Assembly: GCA_963785305.1 (NCBI GenBank)
Contig: CAWAUV010000001.1
Span: forward strand, 32,001-96,000
Reading direction: 5' to 3'
Length of the DNA stretch: 64,000 bases
Source: an uncultured Planctomycetaceae bacterium
Lineage (GTDB): Bacteria > Planctomycetota > Planctomycetia > Pirellulales > PALSA-1355
Positions 42,301-53,816 of the stretch are shown piece by piece. Each line of letters starts with the position of its first letter. Within the stretch, counting starts at the first letter, position 1. The notes under the pieces are model-generated. The model worked only from the letters and a program-made list of their open reading frames with translations, was not told the origin of the DNA and did no database searches. The translations under genes and the position numbers were made by a program.

Positions 42301-43911
42301 TTCGCGGGCGCCGCGGCCTGAATCCGATCTTCGACAACGAAGGCATGCGGCCGGTCGTGGGCACTGAGTTTCTGTATACCCGCCAGTTTCCCGACAACGT
42401 GCAAGGACAGTTCATCTATGCCTGCGTGATCAACATGAACGGCCTCACGCGTTTCACCGTGGCCGACGATGGCGCTGGCTTCAGAGGAGCCCGGCTCAAG
42501 CACGTCGTCGATGATAAACCGGCGCCCGACGATTTGCTCACGAGCACCGACAAACACTTCCGCCCGACCGATCCGCAAATTGGGCCCGACGGATGCGCTC
42601 TGGTTCGGCGACTGGGCCAACCCGCTCATTGGCCATATGCAGTATTCCCAGCGCGACCCGAATCGCGACCACACGCATGGACGCATCTACCGCCTCAGCT
42701 ACAAAGACAAGCCGCTACTCGCTCCGGTGACGCAACACGGCAAGCCGATCGAGGAACTGCTCGCCCAGCTCACCGAGTTCGAGCCGCGCACTCGCTATCG
42801 CGCTCGCATCGAGCTGCGGGCCCGGCCGACCGCGGAAGTGGTCGCGGCGTTGAAGACTTGGACAAGCAAGCTTGAATCGGAACGGGCCAGCCGCGGCGAC
42901 GGCGAAACCGATCGACTGCTATGCGAAGCTTTGTGGATCGAGCAATCGCATCATGCGGTTGATTCGGCGCTGCTCGACAAGGTGGCGAAAGCGCCCACGG
43001 CCGACGCCCGCGCCGCCGCCGCGCGGGTAGTGGCCGACGAGCTCGTATTCGCGGAGCCAAGCGCCGACGCCAATACGTCGGCCCAATCGGTCGGCGCCTC
43101 GCGACCCGCGCCCCAACGCCTGACGCTGCTCGCCGCGGCGGTCGACGACGCCCATCCGCGCGTGCGACTTGAAGCCGTGCGGGCGCTGAGCTTTGTTCCA
43201 TCGCTCGAGTCGATCGTGATCGCGCATTGCGCGGCTTCGAAGCCGATGGACTATTGGCTGAGCTACACGCTGGCGCAGCACGGTAGTGCGCGCTCGAATC
43301 GGTGTGGGCGCCCGCGCTCAAGAGCGGGGAACTCGCGGCCAAGGACGCGTCGACCGCCAAGTATGTTGCCGACTACGGCGTGGCTTCGGCGCCCGGCGCC
43401 AAGCGCAATCCGCGCTCGACACACTGCTTTCGCCGAAGTCGAAGCCGAAGGATAAGGAGACGGCGTTCGCCACGTTCGAAAAAATGAAAGGCTCGGCCGA
43501 GACCGGCAAGGCCGTGTTTCGCCGCACCTGCATCAATTGCCACAAGGTCGGCGCCGAGGGCTTCGATATGGGCCCGCGCTGACCGATGTGAGCAAGCGGC
43601 TGAAATTTCACGATGTGATCGAATCGGTGGTCGATCCCAACGCCAAAGTCGACCCGAAATATCAGGTCACGGTCATTGTCACGGCCGACGGCAAGGTCCA
43701 CGCGGGGCTACTCGCCGGCGAGACCGACAAGACGGTGAGCCTCAAGGTCGCGGCCGTGGGCAAGGAAGTGCAAACGATCACGATCGATAAGAGCGAGATC
43801 GACGATCGCCAGACACTCAAGCAAAGCAGCATGCCCGAGGGACTCCCCAACAGCCTCTCGCCGCTCGACTTTCTCGACCTGATGGAATACCTCAAGTCGC
43901 TGAAAGGCTAA
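39342..43911 (+). CDS. Large PVC-type heme-binding protein: ThuA-like + SGNH-like + beta-propeller dehydrogenase-like + HEAT + cytochrome c; about four frameshifts (42.6-43.6 kb)
   Basis: AGDEEYRSEEG, GLRTSTHAF; NGCHLN; FDNRGRLW, EDTDHDGRAD, DWANPLIGHMQYSQRDPNRD; TCINCHKV, GPALT, SSMPEGL. Confidence 0.85.
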
Positions 43912-43976
43912 ACAAAGTCCCGCTGCCCTCGGGCGCGGGCGAGTGGGCCGCGTCGTCGGCCTTTCCCATGAATCGC

Positions 43977-45262
43977 TCATGAGCCGACAAAGAGCGCCGC
44001 TTCGGCCGTGAGTCCGGGCCCAAAACCTAGGGCCACGCAGGGCAGCGGGGCGCCGGCAGCGCGCATTGCGCTCGATGATGAAAAACACCGTGGGCGACGA
44101 CATATTGCCGTGCTCGGCCAGCACCTCGCGCGAATAACCGGTGGCCGAACGCGGCAACTGAAGCGCTTCTTCGACGGCGGTGAGAATTCGCGGTCCGCCC
44201 GGATGCACGGCCCACGAACCAATATCGGCGACCGTGAGTCCGAAACCGGCCAACCAGCTTTCGAGCCAGGCCTCGAGGCCGCGGCCGATCACATGGGGCA
44301 CGGCGCTCGAGAGAAACATTTCAAAGCCGTGATCGCCGATTTCCCAGGTCATCTCGGCCGTGGAGTCGGGCAAGAGACACGACCCCGAGCCGGCGAGCCG
44401 CCAAGGGGACATCGGCGCACCAATTAACGCCGCCTCGTTGCGCGGCGCGTTGTCGGGCGTCGCGCCGATTATGCGCCGCGCCACTGTGAATCGCGCCGTT
44501 GCTCTTGTGCGTCTGGGCGATGGTCGGATCGCTCGTGAGCACGAGCGCCGCGGCGCCATCGCCAAAGACCGCGTTGCCCACCAATCGCGCCGGGTCCCAC
44601 TCGAAACAAAAATGCACGCTGCACAGTTCGACCGCGCAAAGCAGCACGCGGCTCGCGGGCCTCGCGCACACAATCGCGTCGGCGGCGCGCAGGCCATTGA
44701 TGCCGCCGTGGCATCCCATGAATCCGACCTGTACCCGCTCGGTCGTGGGCCTGAGGCCAAGGCCCAGGATTAGCGAAGTGTCGATGCCGGGAGCGAAAAA
44801 CCCGGTGCAAGTCACGGTGATCGAATGGGTGATCGACGAGGGCTCGACTCCGGCGGCCGCGAGCGCTTTGCCGGCCGCCTCGAGCGCCAGCGGTCCGGCG
44901 GCGGCGCGATACCACTCCATGCGTTCACCGGTTGTCGGACCGCGCACCAGCGGGGCCAGCGCCGTTGCCGGAATGTCGGCCAGAGCGGGCTCCGTGGCCT
45001 CGCCCTCGACGGCGCGAGCCGACGCCGCGCTTTCCGCCGCCGGTCCATCGAGAAAATCGAATGCCCGGGTATATGGCACCGCGGTCGACCGCCGCTGAAC
45101 TCCGGAGCGGCGAAACAACACTCGCACCAGCGATCGCTGCTCCTCGGTTTGGCAGCAAATCCGCTGCGCCAAATGCACGGCCTCTTCCTGCGACATGGAG
45201 TTGTCGGTCGTCGCCGTGCCGAGCCCCCCGATGATTGGCGAGGCGGAATCCGGTGAGCTCAT
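43977..45262 (-). CDS. Type III polyketide synthase (chalcone-synthase-like), frameshifted
   Basis: VTCTGFFAPG, GFMGCHG (Cys), VELCSVH, FGDGAAA, WAVHPGGPRIL (His), HGNMSSPT (Asn), LGFGPGLTAE. Confidence 0.92.
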
Positions 45263-45479
45263 GCGGCGCGTTTCCTGGCGACAGCGGTTTGAAGAAAAGC
45301 AATCGAACCGATTCGGCGCCACGGAAAACCCAGACGACCCGATCGGTTGTGTCGAAGCGCGACCGCCCATCGGCAAATGTCAGGATCGTGATTTCGAGCC
45401 TGATCCACCGAAATGTCTGGCGCGATCGACTGCTCCAATTTTAGATCAAGAGAGCATCGCGCGTAAGGCGGAATCACGC

Positions 45480-46376
45480 TTAATGCGCGGTAGTTAGCAT
45501 TCCGCGCTTTATGAGCGTGATCTCATTGCCGGCCGCATTGTGCCGAACTTCGTCTAGAAACAGCCGAATCAGCATCAAACCGCGACCGCTGGGCTTTTCG
45601 AGATTCTCGGGATCGGTCGGATCGGGCAGCGAAGCGACATCAAACCCAGGACCCTCATCGCGCACTTTGATAACAGCTTCGCCGTGTTCATAGTGTGCTT
45701 GCACGCATACCCGACGCGAGCAGTAGGGAGATTGGCGACGGCGCCGTTCGACTAAATCCTCGAACGCGGTCGATGAGTCTTGCCGCAGATCGGAGTTGAC
45801 TTCGAGATTGCCGTGGTAAATCGCATTGGTCACCGACTCATGCACGGCGATTCCCAGACGCATCAGGCTGTTGGCGTCGCAAAGGCGAAACCGCACCGCC
45901 ATGCTCTGCAAATAGCCGGTGAGCGAGGGAATCAAACCGGTATCGTTGCCCAACAGAAACACCGACTCGCTCCGCTCCAAACACTCGAAAAGCTGTTGGT
46001 TGCGGTGCTCGGTCGTGGTGGCGTTGAGCACATCGCCGAGCGTCATCACAAGCTCCCGCCCCAGGCCGGCCTTGGGCACGAAACTCGCGGCGCCATCGCG
46101 AAGCGCTTCGAGCGCGATATCCTCGCTGCCGTGCGCCGTCATGACCACCACCGGCAAGGCCGGATGTTCGCGCCGCACGGTCTTGACTACCTCGAGCCCG
46201 TTCATGCCCGGCATTTGCATATCGCTGAGCACCACATCGGGCGTCACGCGGGCAATGGCTTCGAGCCCCTCCTCGCCGTTTTGGGCCCAGGTCACTTCGT
46301 GGCCCGCGACTTCGAGCATGAGCTGAATCATGCGCACTTGGGTCGAGCTATCTTCAATCACGAGCACGCGCGCCAT
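45480..46376 (-). CDS. Response regulator receiver + anti-sigma-type HATPase_c kinase
   Basis: VLVIEDS, VLSDMQMPGMNG, MTAHG, FVPK; HESVTNAIYHGN, DEGPGFD, GRGLMLI. Confidence 0.9.
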   Translation of the reverse strand: MARVLVIEDSSTQVRMIQLMLEVAGHEVTWAQNGEEGLEAIARVTPDVVLSDMQMPGMNGLEVVKTVRREHPALPVVVMTAHGSEDIALEALRDGAASFVPKAGLGRELVMTLGDVLNATTTEHRNQQLFECLERSESVFLLGNDTGLIPSLTGYLQSMAVRFRLCDANSLMRLGIAVHESVTNAIYHGNLEVNSDLRQDSSTAFEDLVERRRRQSPYCSRRVCVQAHYEHGEAVIKVRDEGPGFDVASLPDPTDPENLEKPSGRGLMLIRLFLDEVRHNAAGNEITLIKRGMLTTAH

Positions 46377-46511
46377 GGTCTCACACGCGATATTTGCTAG
46401 AGAAAGCGAAACGGAATGGAAATCGAGCCGCTGGAGCTCCGTCGGGCAATCGCCCCGCCGCGGCCCGGGAATTAAAATCACTTAATCAGATTTCCGCCCT
46501 CGGATCAAGCG

Positions 46512-49022
46512 TTATTCTTGCCGCATCGCCTCGATCGGGCTCAATCGGGCCGCCCGCAGCGCCGGCGCCGCCGCGGCTCCCAGCACCACGGCGAGCGCCA
46601 AGCTCGCGACCAGCAGCGCCAATTCCGGCCGGGGCGACCAAACCAGCGGGCGCCCAAACAACACGGCCATCGAAAGGCTAATGGTGCGCGAGAGCGCCAT
46701 GCCGATCGTCGCTCCCGCGATTACGCCCACCAGACCGATCAGCGCCGCCTGCCCGAGCACGGTGCGGAGCACTTGCCGCCGCTCCATGCCAATGGCCCGG
46801 AGCATGCCAAGCTCGCGCGTTTGTTCGAGCACATTCATGGTGAGCATATTCATAATTCCGAACGCGCCGACCAAGAGCCCCAGGGTGAGCATTACCCAAA
46901 TCCCCGCGGTCACTCCCGCGACCATTGTGTCAAGTTGGCGGCGCAAATCGGCGAACGATTGCAGAATGAGACCATGCTCGGAGGCAAAACCCTGCAACTC
47001 CGCTCGCAGTCGATCATCGGGCGGCCCTTTGCTTTTGACCAGCAAGCTATCGATGCCTTCGACCGAAAACCAGTGCTCGGCAACGCCGCGGTCGAGATAC
47101 GCCACCGAGCCGCCGGCCAAATAATCGTTCGACACCGCGGCCACCCGCGCCTCATGCGCGCGATCGCCCACTGTGAGCCGGGCCGTATCGCCCACGCGCA
47201 GCTTGCACCGCTCCGCCAAGACCGAACCCAACACCACCTCGCCGCCGCATACCGCGTCGAGTAGCTTTTCGGTGTCGGCGCCCGGCACATTGAGCGGCGC
47301 TTGATGCAAGCGGCAGAAATCTCGCCCCGCGATAATCGCATGCTCGCCGTTGACATCGGCTCGCAAAACACACAACCCCTCGACGCTCTCGACCTCGGGT
47401 CGCTTGGCCAACTCGGCGAGCAGGGTTTCGCTCATGGCGGCGGGGTCCTGGCCGCTCATGTCGGGCATCATGGTGCGGATGAGAAAATCGGCGGTCATGG
47501 TGCGCTCGAGCCAGCCGTTCACGTCGCCGGTGACACTGATCGCGATATTGCTGAACGAGACTCCATAAGCCACGGCGATGAACAGCACTCCGGTGGTGAG
47601 CGAGCTCCGCTGCGTGTGCCGCAGCACAAGTCGGCGCGAGAGATCGGCCTCGACGCTGGCCCAGCGCCGCAGCGGCCAGTGCAGCAGCCACGCACAGGGC
47701 GCCAAGCCGGCCGGCAAGAGAAACACGACCGACACGAGCAACATCAAGATCGACCCGATCGCCACCCACAGCGGTCCGCCCGCGCGCACACTCGCGATCG
47801 CAATCGCGATCGACGCCGCGATGCCGGCGCAGCCCAACAGAGTAATGCCGCCATGGCTTGCCTCGTGTTCGAGCGTCACCGCCGGCCGCATGCCCTCGAG
47901 CGGGGAAATGCGGCTGGCCACCAGCGCCGGATAGCACGAGCCAAACACGCAAATCACCGGTCCGGCCACGCCGCCGGCCACGAGCGGCCACAGCATATTC
48001 GCGTGCCCGGGCGAGCCGACGCCCAGCATTTCGCTCATGGCGCCCGATAGGAATTGCCCGCCAAACACGCCGAGCGGCGCGCCGATCAATGTGCCCGCGA
48101 TGCCCACGACGAGTGCTTCGACCGAGATCATTCGCACGATTTGGCCGCGCGTCGCGCCGACGGCGCGCAAGATCGAAAGTTGCCGCCGCCGCTCGCTGAC
48201 GCTCATGAGAAACACGCTCAAGGCGATGAAGACGGCGGTGACGATCGAGAGCGCTCCCCCAAAATCGAGACTAAACGACACGAGCGCCATCATTTGCTCG
48301 ACAAGCGTGTCGCTGGTCGCCGGCGGCTCGGCAACGAGCGACTTGGGCAAGCGGGGCTCAATCGCCGCGATCGTTTTCGTGGCGTCGTTCGGGCGCGCGA
48401 GATACAAATGCAGGGCGTCGATCTTGCCGGGCGCGCGAAACAGTTTTTGCAGATGCTCGAGCGGCGCGATCACCATGCCGCCTTGATGCATTTGTTCGCC
48501 GCTGGTGAGCGTGAGCAGCCCGGCGACGGTTTGCGAGCGAAGGCCGCTGGTCGTGAGCAGCCGCACGGAATCGCCGACCTTGATGTCCAGGCTCGCCGCC
48601 AGACTCGCGTCGAGCGCGATTTGGCCGGCGTCGTTCGGCATGTGGCCGGCGGTGATGTTCAGTCCCTCGGAAGCTTCAGGCGAGCCGAGCGGCATGCCCA
48701 CCGCCAGCAGCTTGGCTTTTTTACCTCGCGCATAAAGCACGGTCGCTCGACGCAACACCGGCGAAACCGCCTTGACCTCCGGCAATTGCTCGGCAAACGC
48801 GACGGCGCTCTCGGGAAAACTTCCACCGCCGCGGGCGACGATTTCCAGATCGGCGCCGCCCGAGAGAGTCTCGAACACCTTGCGATAGGAAGTGACCGTG
48901 GCGTCGGTGGCGCCGAGCACCGCCACGATGGCGGCCACGGCAATCGACACGCTCAGCAGCGTGAGCAACGAACGGCCACGCTGCCTGCGGATTTCGCGAA
49001 TGCTTTGTCGCCAGCCGATCAC
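46512..49022 (-). CDS. ABC transporter permease, MacB/FtsX type (duplicated halves)
   Basis: RSLLTLLSV, SVSERRRQLSILRAVGAT, NVLEQTRELGMLRAIGM, PALRAARLSPIEAMR. Confidence 0.92.
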   Translation of the reverse strand: MIGWRQSIREIRRQRGRSLLTLLSVSIAVAAIVAVLGATDATVTSYRKVFETLSGGADLEIVARGGGSFPESAVAFAEQLPEVKAVSPVLRRATVLYARGKKAKLLAVGMPLGSPEASEGLNITAGHMPNDAGQIALDASLAASLDIKVGDSVRLLTTSGLRSQTVAGLLTLTSGEQMHQGGMVIAPLEHLQKLFRAPGKIDALHLYLARPNDATKTIAAIEPRLPKSLVAEPPATSDTLVEQMMALVSFSLDFGGALSIVTAVFIALSVFLMSVSERRRQLSILRAVGATRGQIVRMISVEALVVGIAGTLIGAPLGVFGGQFLSGAMSEMLGVGSPGHANMLWPLVAGGVAGPVICVFGSCYPALVASRISPLEGMRPAVTLEHEASHGGITLLGCAGIAASIAIAIASVRAGGPLWVAIGSILMLLVSVVFLLPAGLAPCAWLLHWPLRRWASVEADLSRRLVLRHTQRSSLTTGVLFIAVAYGVSFSNIAISVTGDVNGWLERTMTADFLIRTMMPDMSGQDPAAMSETLLAELAKRPEVESVEGLCVLRADVNGEHAIIAGRDFCRLHQAPLNVPGADTEKLLDAVCGGEVVLGSVLAERCKLRVGDTARLTVGDRAHEARVAAVSNDYLAGGSVAYLDRGVAEHWFSVEGIDSLLVKSKGPPDDRLRAELQGFASEHGLILQSFADLRRQLDTMVAGVTAGIWVMLTLGLLVGAFGIMNMLTMNVLEQTRELGMLRAIGMERRQVLRTVLGQAALIGLVGVIAGATIGMALSRTISLSMAVLFGRPLVWSPRPELALLVASLALAVVLGAAAAPALRAARLSPIEAMRQE

Positions 49023-49041
49023 GATGCCGCCTCGCTATTTG

Positions 49042-49761
49042 CTAACGAACCCGGACGACGCGAAATCCAAAATTGATCCGGGGGTCGGTCGGCACGCCCA
49101 CATCGCGCCGCGCCCGCGGGAGCAGGCCGGGAGTCGGATAAAGCGAATCGCCGCCGGCCCGAGCGACAAACGGCGACGTCGTCGCCGAATCTTCCGGAGT
49201 GTCGAGCGGCGAGCGAGCATACGAGGGCTCGACGCAAGGATCGGAGCACCATTCGCGCCAGGGTCCTCCAGGCACGGCAAGGCCGAATCGATTCGCCGGG
49301 CACGAACTCGCAACCACTCCGATGGCGTTTGGCCGGCAAGCCGCTTCCCATTCGGCCAACGTCGGCAAGCGATAGGTCTGGCCTTCTTTCTTGCTCAGCC
49401 ATTCGCAAAAGGCGATTGCGTCGGCCCAAGAAACGTAGTTCGCGGCATTGTCGACGCCCACCGGCCAGCCCGGCGACCAGGGTCGAAAATCGGGCGATTG
49501 AATCAACCGGCCATCGCGGTAGCCCCACATCAGCCGGCCATCGCGTTCGTTTTGGAGGCTGTAATGCGATTCATTGTAGAAGACCAAGAATTGGCCGACC
49601 GTCACTTCGCGCTGACCCATCTCCAGGCCGGGGCCGATGGCGACAAGCCGCATGCCCAGAGAATTCGTCGCCGGCGCGTTCTCCGCCAGCACACACGTCG
49701 AAACCGCGCACATACTCAAAACAATGGCGAGCCCGACTCGCGAAGCAATGCAATCCGACAT
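49042..49761 (-). CDS. Secreted FGE-sulfatase (SUMF1-like) domain protein
   Basis: TNSLGM, EVTVGQF, VSWADAIAFCEWLSKKEG..YRLPT.AEWE.ACR, NRFGL, EWCSD, FGFRVV. Confidence 0.85.
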   Translation of the reverse strand: MSDCIASRVGLAIVLSMCAVSTCVLAENAPATNSLGMRLVAIGPGLEMGQREVTVGQFLVFYNESHYSLQNERDGRLMWGYRDGRLIQSPDFRPWSPGWPVGVDNAANYVSWADAIAFCEWLSKKEGQTYRLPTLAEWEAACRPNAIGVVASSCPANRFGLAVPGGPWREWCSDPCVEPSYARSPLDTPEDSATTSPFVARAGGDSLYPTPGLLPRARRDVGVPTDPRINFGFRVVRVR

Positions 49762-50012
49762 GGTGGAAAGCTCCCTGGGGCTGGCTGTTCGCATGCGATC
49801 GCTGTCGCTGGAGACCATCTTAAGCCTCGGCCGGCCGATCGCAAGTCGCGTCGCCGAACTCAAACGATGTGATTCGCCGAGAATTCCAGGTTCGCGGCAA
49901 GGGCGGTTGAGAATCTCGGTTCGCGCTGCGAAAATGCGGCGTTCGAGGGCAAAGCGGCGCCGTTCGCTTCGACTCGGCGAGCGACACGAACGTCTTTCCC
50001 CGGAGTAAACGC

Positions 50013-51078
50013 GTGGCTTGGCAAGGCATCGAAGCACACGACGCGATCGCGGCCCGCTTCCGCGCGGCTCTGGCGCGGTCGGCTGGCCAGCACATTCCTG
50101 TTCGTCGGCCCGGCGGGCATTGGCAAGCGGAAGTTTGCTTATAAACTCGCCCAAAGCCTGTTCTGTCAAGCGATCGCCGACGACCCGCTCGCGCCCTGCG
50201 GCCACTGCGCGGGCTGCATTCAAACGCTTGCCGCCACGCACCCCGATTTGCATGTGGTGCGCAAGGCGCCCGACAAGGGCACGATTCCGGTGGCGGCGTT
50301 TATCGGCGACGACGAACACCGGATGCGCGAGGGGCTTTGCCACGAAATCGCGCTCAAGCCGTTCATGGGCGGACGGCGAGTGGCGATTATCGAAGACGCC
50401 GACTTTCTCAACGACGAAGGCGCCAACGCGCTCTTGAAGACACTCGAGGAACCGCCCCCGCGCTCGGTGCTGATCCTGATCGCCACGAACATCGAGCGGC
50501 AACTGCCGACCATCCGTTCGCGAAGCCAAATCGTGCGTTTCGCCCCGCTCGACGCCGCGGTGGTTGCCCATGTGCTCGAGCACGGGCTGGGAATGAACCA
50601 TGAGGAAGCGGCGCGGCTCTCGGTATTTGCCGAAGGCAGCATCGAGCGGGCCCAAGAGATGAATGACCCGGAGCTATGGTCGTTTCGCGAGTCGCTGGTC
50701 GCGCAATTGGCGGAGCGTCCGCTGCCAAGCGTGGCGCTGGCGTCGTTTTTCGAAACATTCGTCAACGAAGCGGGGACCGACGCCGGTTCGCGGCGAGCAC
50801 GCTGCCGGCTGGCGATGAATTTCGCGCTCGAATCGTTTCGCGCGTCGCTCCATGAAGCGGTCGGCGCACGAAACGGCTCGGGCCATGTTTCGGTCCCGGC
50901 CGATGGTCGGGAAATCGATCTGCGGCTGGCGCTCGTCGAGCGCACACTCGACGCCCTGAGCCACGTCGACCGCAACGCGAACCAAAGCACGCTCATCGCC
51001 GGCTGGCTCGACGCGATCGCCAGCATGGTCGATTCGGGCTCGCCACCGGTGCGATTCCAAGCGCCCGCTTTCGGTTGA
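50013..51078 (+). CDS. holB: DNA polymerase III subunit delta', frameshift ~50077
   Basis: Manual GTG start; FLFVGPAGIGK, CGHCAGC, HPDL, ANALLKTLEEPP, LPTIRSR. Confidence 0.92.
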
Positions 51079-51304
51079 AGCCGTCGCGTGGCCGAGGGTC
51101 CATCGCGGTCGCTCGCCGATTGCTAGCATTCGCGGCTAAACGCTTGCGATAGCGCCAGCAACTCCGATGGACCCACGCTTCGATCCTTGGTTACAATCGT
51201 TCGCGCCGTCGCAAGGTTTTTTCGCGCGACGATGCGTCTTGGAAAATTGCCGACTTGCCGGGAAGCATTCTCGTCGAGCGCGGTTAGGAAAGGGAGAAGC
51301 AGGG

Positions 51305-52848
51305 ATGCGATCCGCGATTGCCATCGTCGTTGTTCTCATGGGCCTCGGGTTGTCGCCGGCCAGCGGGCTCGCGCAGCATGGTCACGGCGGAGGCGGTTTC
51401 GGCGGCGGACATGGCGGCGGCTGGGGCGGCGGCGGTGGATATCGTGGTGGTGGTCCCGGCGGATATCATGGCGCCCCCGGTGGCGGCGCGCGTGGGTTCA
51501 ATGGCGGCGGCGCGCATGGTCCCGGGCCGAATCACTTTGCCGGCGGGTTTGGCAATCGTCCGGGCTACCACGGCGGTTGGTACCACGGCGATTGGGGCGG
51601 ACACTGGGGAGGCGCTTGGGGCGGACCTTGGGGATACCATCCTTGGGGCTGGGGATGGGGCGGATATGGCTGGGGCTACGGCGGATGGGGCTATGGCGGC
51701 GGCTGGGGCATCGGCATGGCCGGAGTCGGGTTTGGAGGCGTCGGCATTGGCGTCGGGCTCGGCTCTCCTTGGGGCTGGGGTTACTACAACTATTACAACC
51801 CGTATTGGTCGCCGGTCGTTGGCGCGCCAACCTATATCAACTATTCGCAGCCGGTGGTCATGACGCCGCAACCGGTCGTGGCTCAGCCCGCGGCGAGCTA
51901 TGCCACGAACGCCGCCGGCAGCGCCCCCTACTATCCATCGTATTCGCAGACCTATCCACCGACGCCGCAATATCCGCAACCCGCCCCGCCGACAAGCGCT
52001 GGCGCCATCGCCGCGGCGCCGGGCCCATCGCCGCAACGCACCGCCGCGGAAGAACAGGGGATCGCGCTGTTCGACGATGCGCCCGGCTCTTCCAGGCTGG
52101 CGATTACAAAGCCGCCGAAGCGCAAACCGAAAAAGCGATCGCGCTCGTGCCCAACGATTCGCTCATGCACGAGTTCCGCGCTCTGTGTCTATTCGCCCAA
52201 CAAGACTACCGGCAGTCGGCCGCTGGCGTGTATGCGGTCGTGTCCGCCGGCCCCGGCTGGGACTGGACCACGGTCTGCAACCTGTACTCGAATGTCGCGG
52301 TTTACTCCGCGCAACTTCGCGCTCTGGAATCGTACTGCGAAAAGAATCCCAAAGCGGCCAACGCGCGTTTCTTGCTCGCCTATCACTATGTGCTCGGCGG
52401 CCACAACAACGAAGCCGCCGGGGTGCTGCGTGAAGTGACCCAGCTCCAGCCCGACGATCAACTCTCGGCCCAACTGCTCAAGGGACTCACGACCCCGCCG
52501 AAGCAGCCGGGCGACGCCGCCACCGCTCCCGCGGTCGCCGCGACCGAACCGCCGGCCGCGCCGGTCGCGGCGGCGAGCCTCATCGGTTCGTGGAAGGCAA
52601 GCCGCCCCGACGGATCGCGATTCGAACTCGACCTGACGCCAGAAAACAAATTCAGTTGGAAATTCAGTCAGCAAGACAAACAGCAGAACATCACCGGCTC
52701 GTACACCCTGGCCAATAACTTTTTGATCCTCTCGGCCAGCGATCAAAACGCGCTCGTGGGCCAAGTGGCGATGCAGCCCGGTAATAAGCTGAAGTTCAAA
52801 CTCGCCGGCGGCAATCCGGCCGAGCCGGGCATCACCTTCACGCGTTGA
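51305..52848 (+). CDS. Secreted Gly/Trp/Tyr-rich protein with TPR and C-terminal beta domain, frameshift ~52083
   Basis: Signal peptide; long GGxG/WG tract; YYNPY; HEFRALCLFA, GPGWDWTT, FLLAYHY. Confidence 0.75.
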
Positions 52849-53208
52849 TGCGCGGCAAACAAAAGCGCGCCGCGCTTCGATTCTTGAGCGAAACTTCGCG
52901 CCGTTTGCGCCGACCGCGCATGACTTTGCCGATTCTAACGATCGGGCGAGTGAAAATCGCGGGATCGTAGCGGTCGGGAACACGGCGGCTTCGACGAATG
53001 TGCTCGGCAATACCGCTAGCAGTCTTGAACGCAAATCGTTTGCTGATAGAGTCAAATCTTATCGGGCGCGGGCGCTGTTCGCGCGTGCTCCAGCAAGCCG
53101 CGCGGCGCGCGATCGCGGGCCGCGCGGCGAGCTTGCGGAGTTTTGCATTCTCCCCCGGGGATCGGCCGCTCCAACGCGGCGCGATCGAGACATAGGCAAG
53201 CGAGTCCC

Positions 53209-53784
53209 ATGGCGACATCTCCCCTTCCACGGCCCGAAGAAGTCGAAGTCGAACATCTCTTGCGCAACGCGCAACTGCGCGACGAGCTCGAGCCGTTTCT
53301 GGACGAATCGCTCGCTCGCGTCAACGCGCGGCGCGTGACCACGCCGGTCGAAAACGAATTCCTCGCCTCGATGCTCGCTTGGGAGCGGGCGCCCGTGTTG
53401 CCGATTGCCCAGTGGTTCACGCCCGAGCTCACGCTCCCGCATCCGGAACTGCTTTCCGATGGCGAGCTCCATGGGGTGCTCTATCGGGCCGTGCATCAGC
53501 TCTATGAAAAGCGGATCGTGCTCGACTTCACCGATCATCTTTCGGATCGCGAGTTGTATTGCTTGATCTATCGCGACATTCTGCCCTCGCCCGAGAAGAA
53601 GATCGACTCGATGGGCAATTACCTGCACTGGGATTGCGCCGATGTGTCGGGCGATCCGCTGGCTTGGCTCCGCTACTACGCGTCCGACGAAGAACGCCAA
53701 AGCTGGGCCGAGGAAACCGGCGAGTCGCTGCCCGAACAACTCACGCCGCCCTACCGTCGCCGCTTGCCGCGTCGAGCCCTTTGA
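53209..53784 (+). CDS. Conserved hypothetical protein
   Basis: Intact ORF with globular composition (NAQLRDELEP, ENEFLASMLAWE.AP, FTDHLSDRELY, WLRYYA). Confidence 0.75.
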   Translation: MATSPLPRPEEVEVEHLLRNAQLRDELEPFLDESLARVNARRVTTPVENEFLASMLAWERAPVLPIAQWFTPELTLPHPELLSDGELHGVLYRAVHQLYEKRIVLDFTDHLSDRELYCLIYRDILPSPEKKIDSMGNYLHWDCADVSGDPLAWLRYYASDEERQSWAEETGESLPEQLTPPYRRRLPRRAL

Positions 53785-53816
53785 TTGCATTGCCCGGCTC
53801 ACGCGCGCCATGCGAT

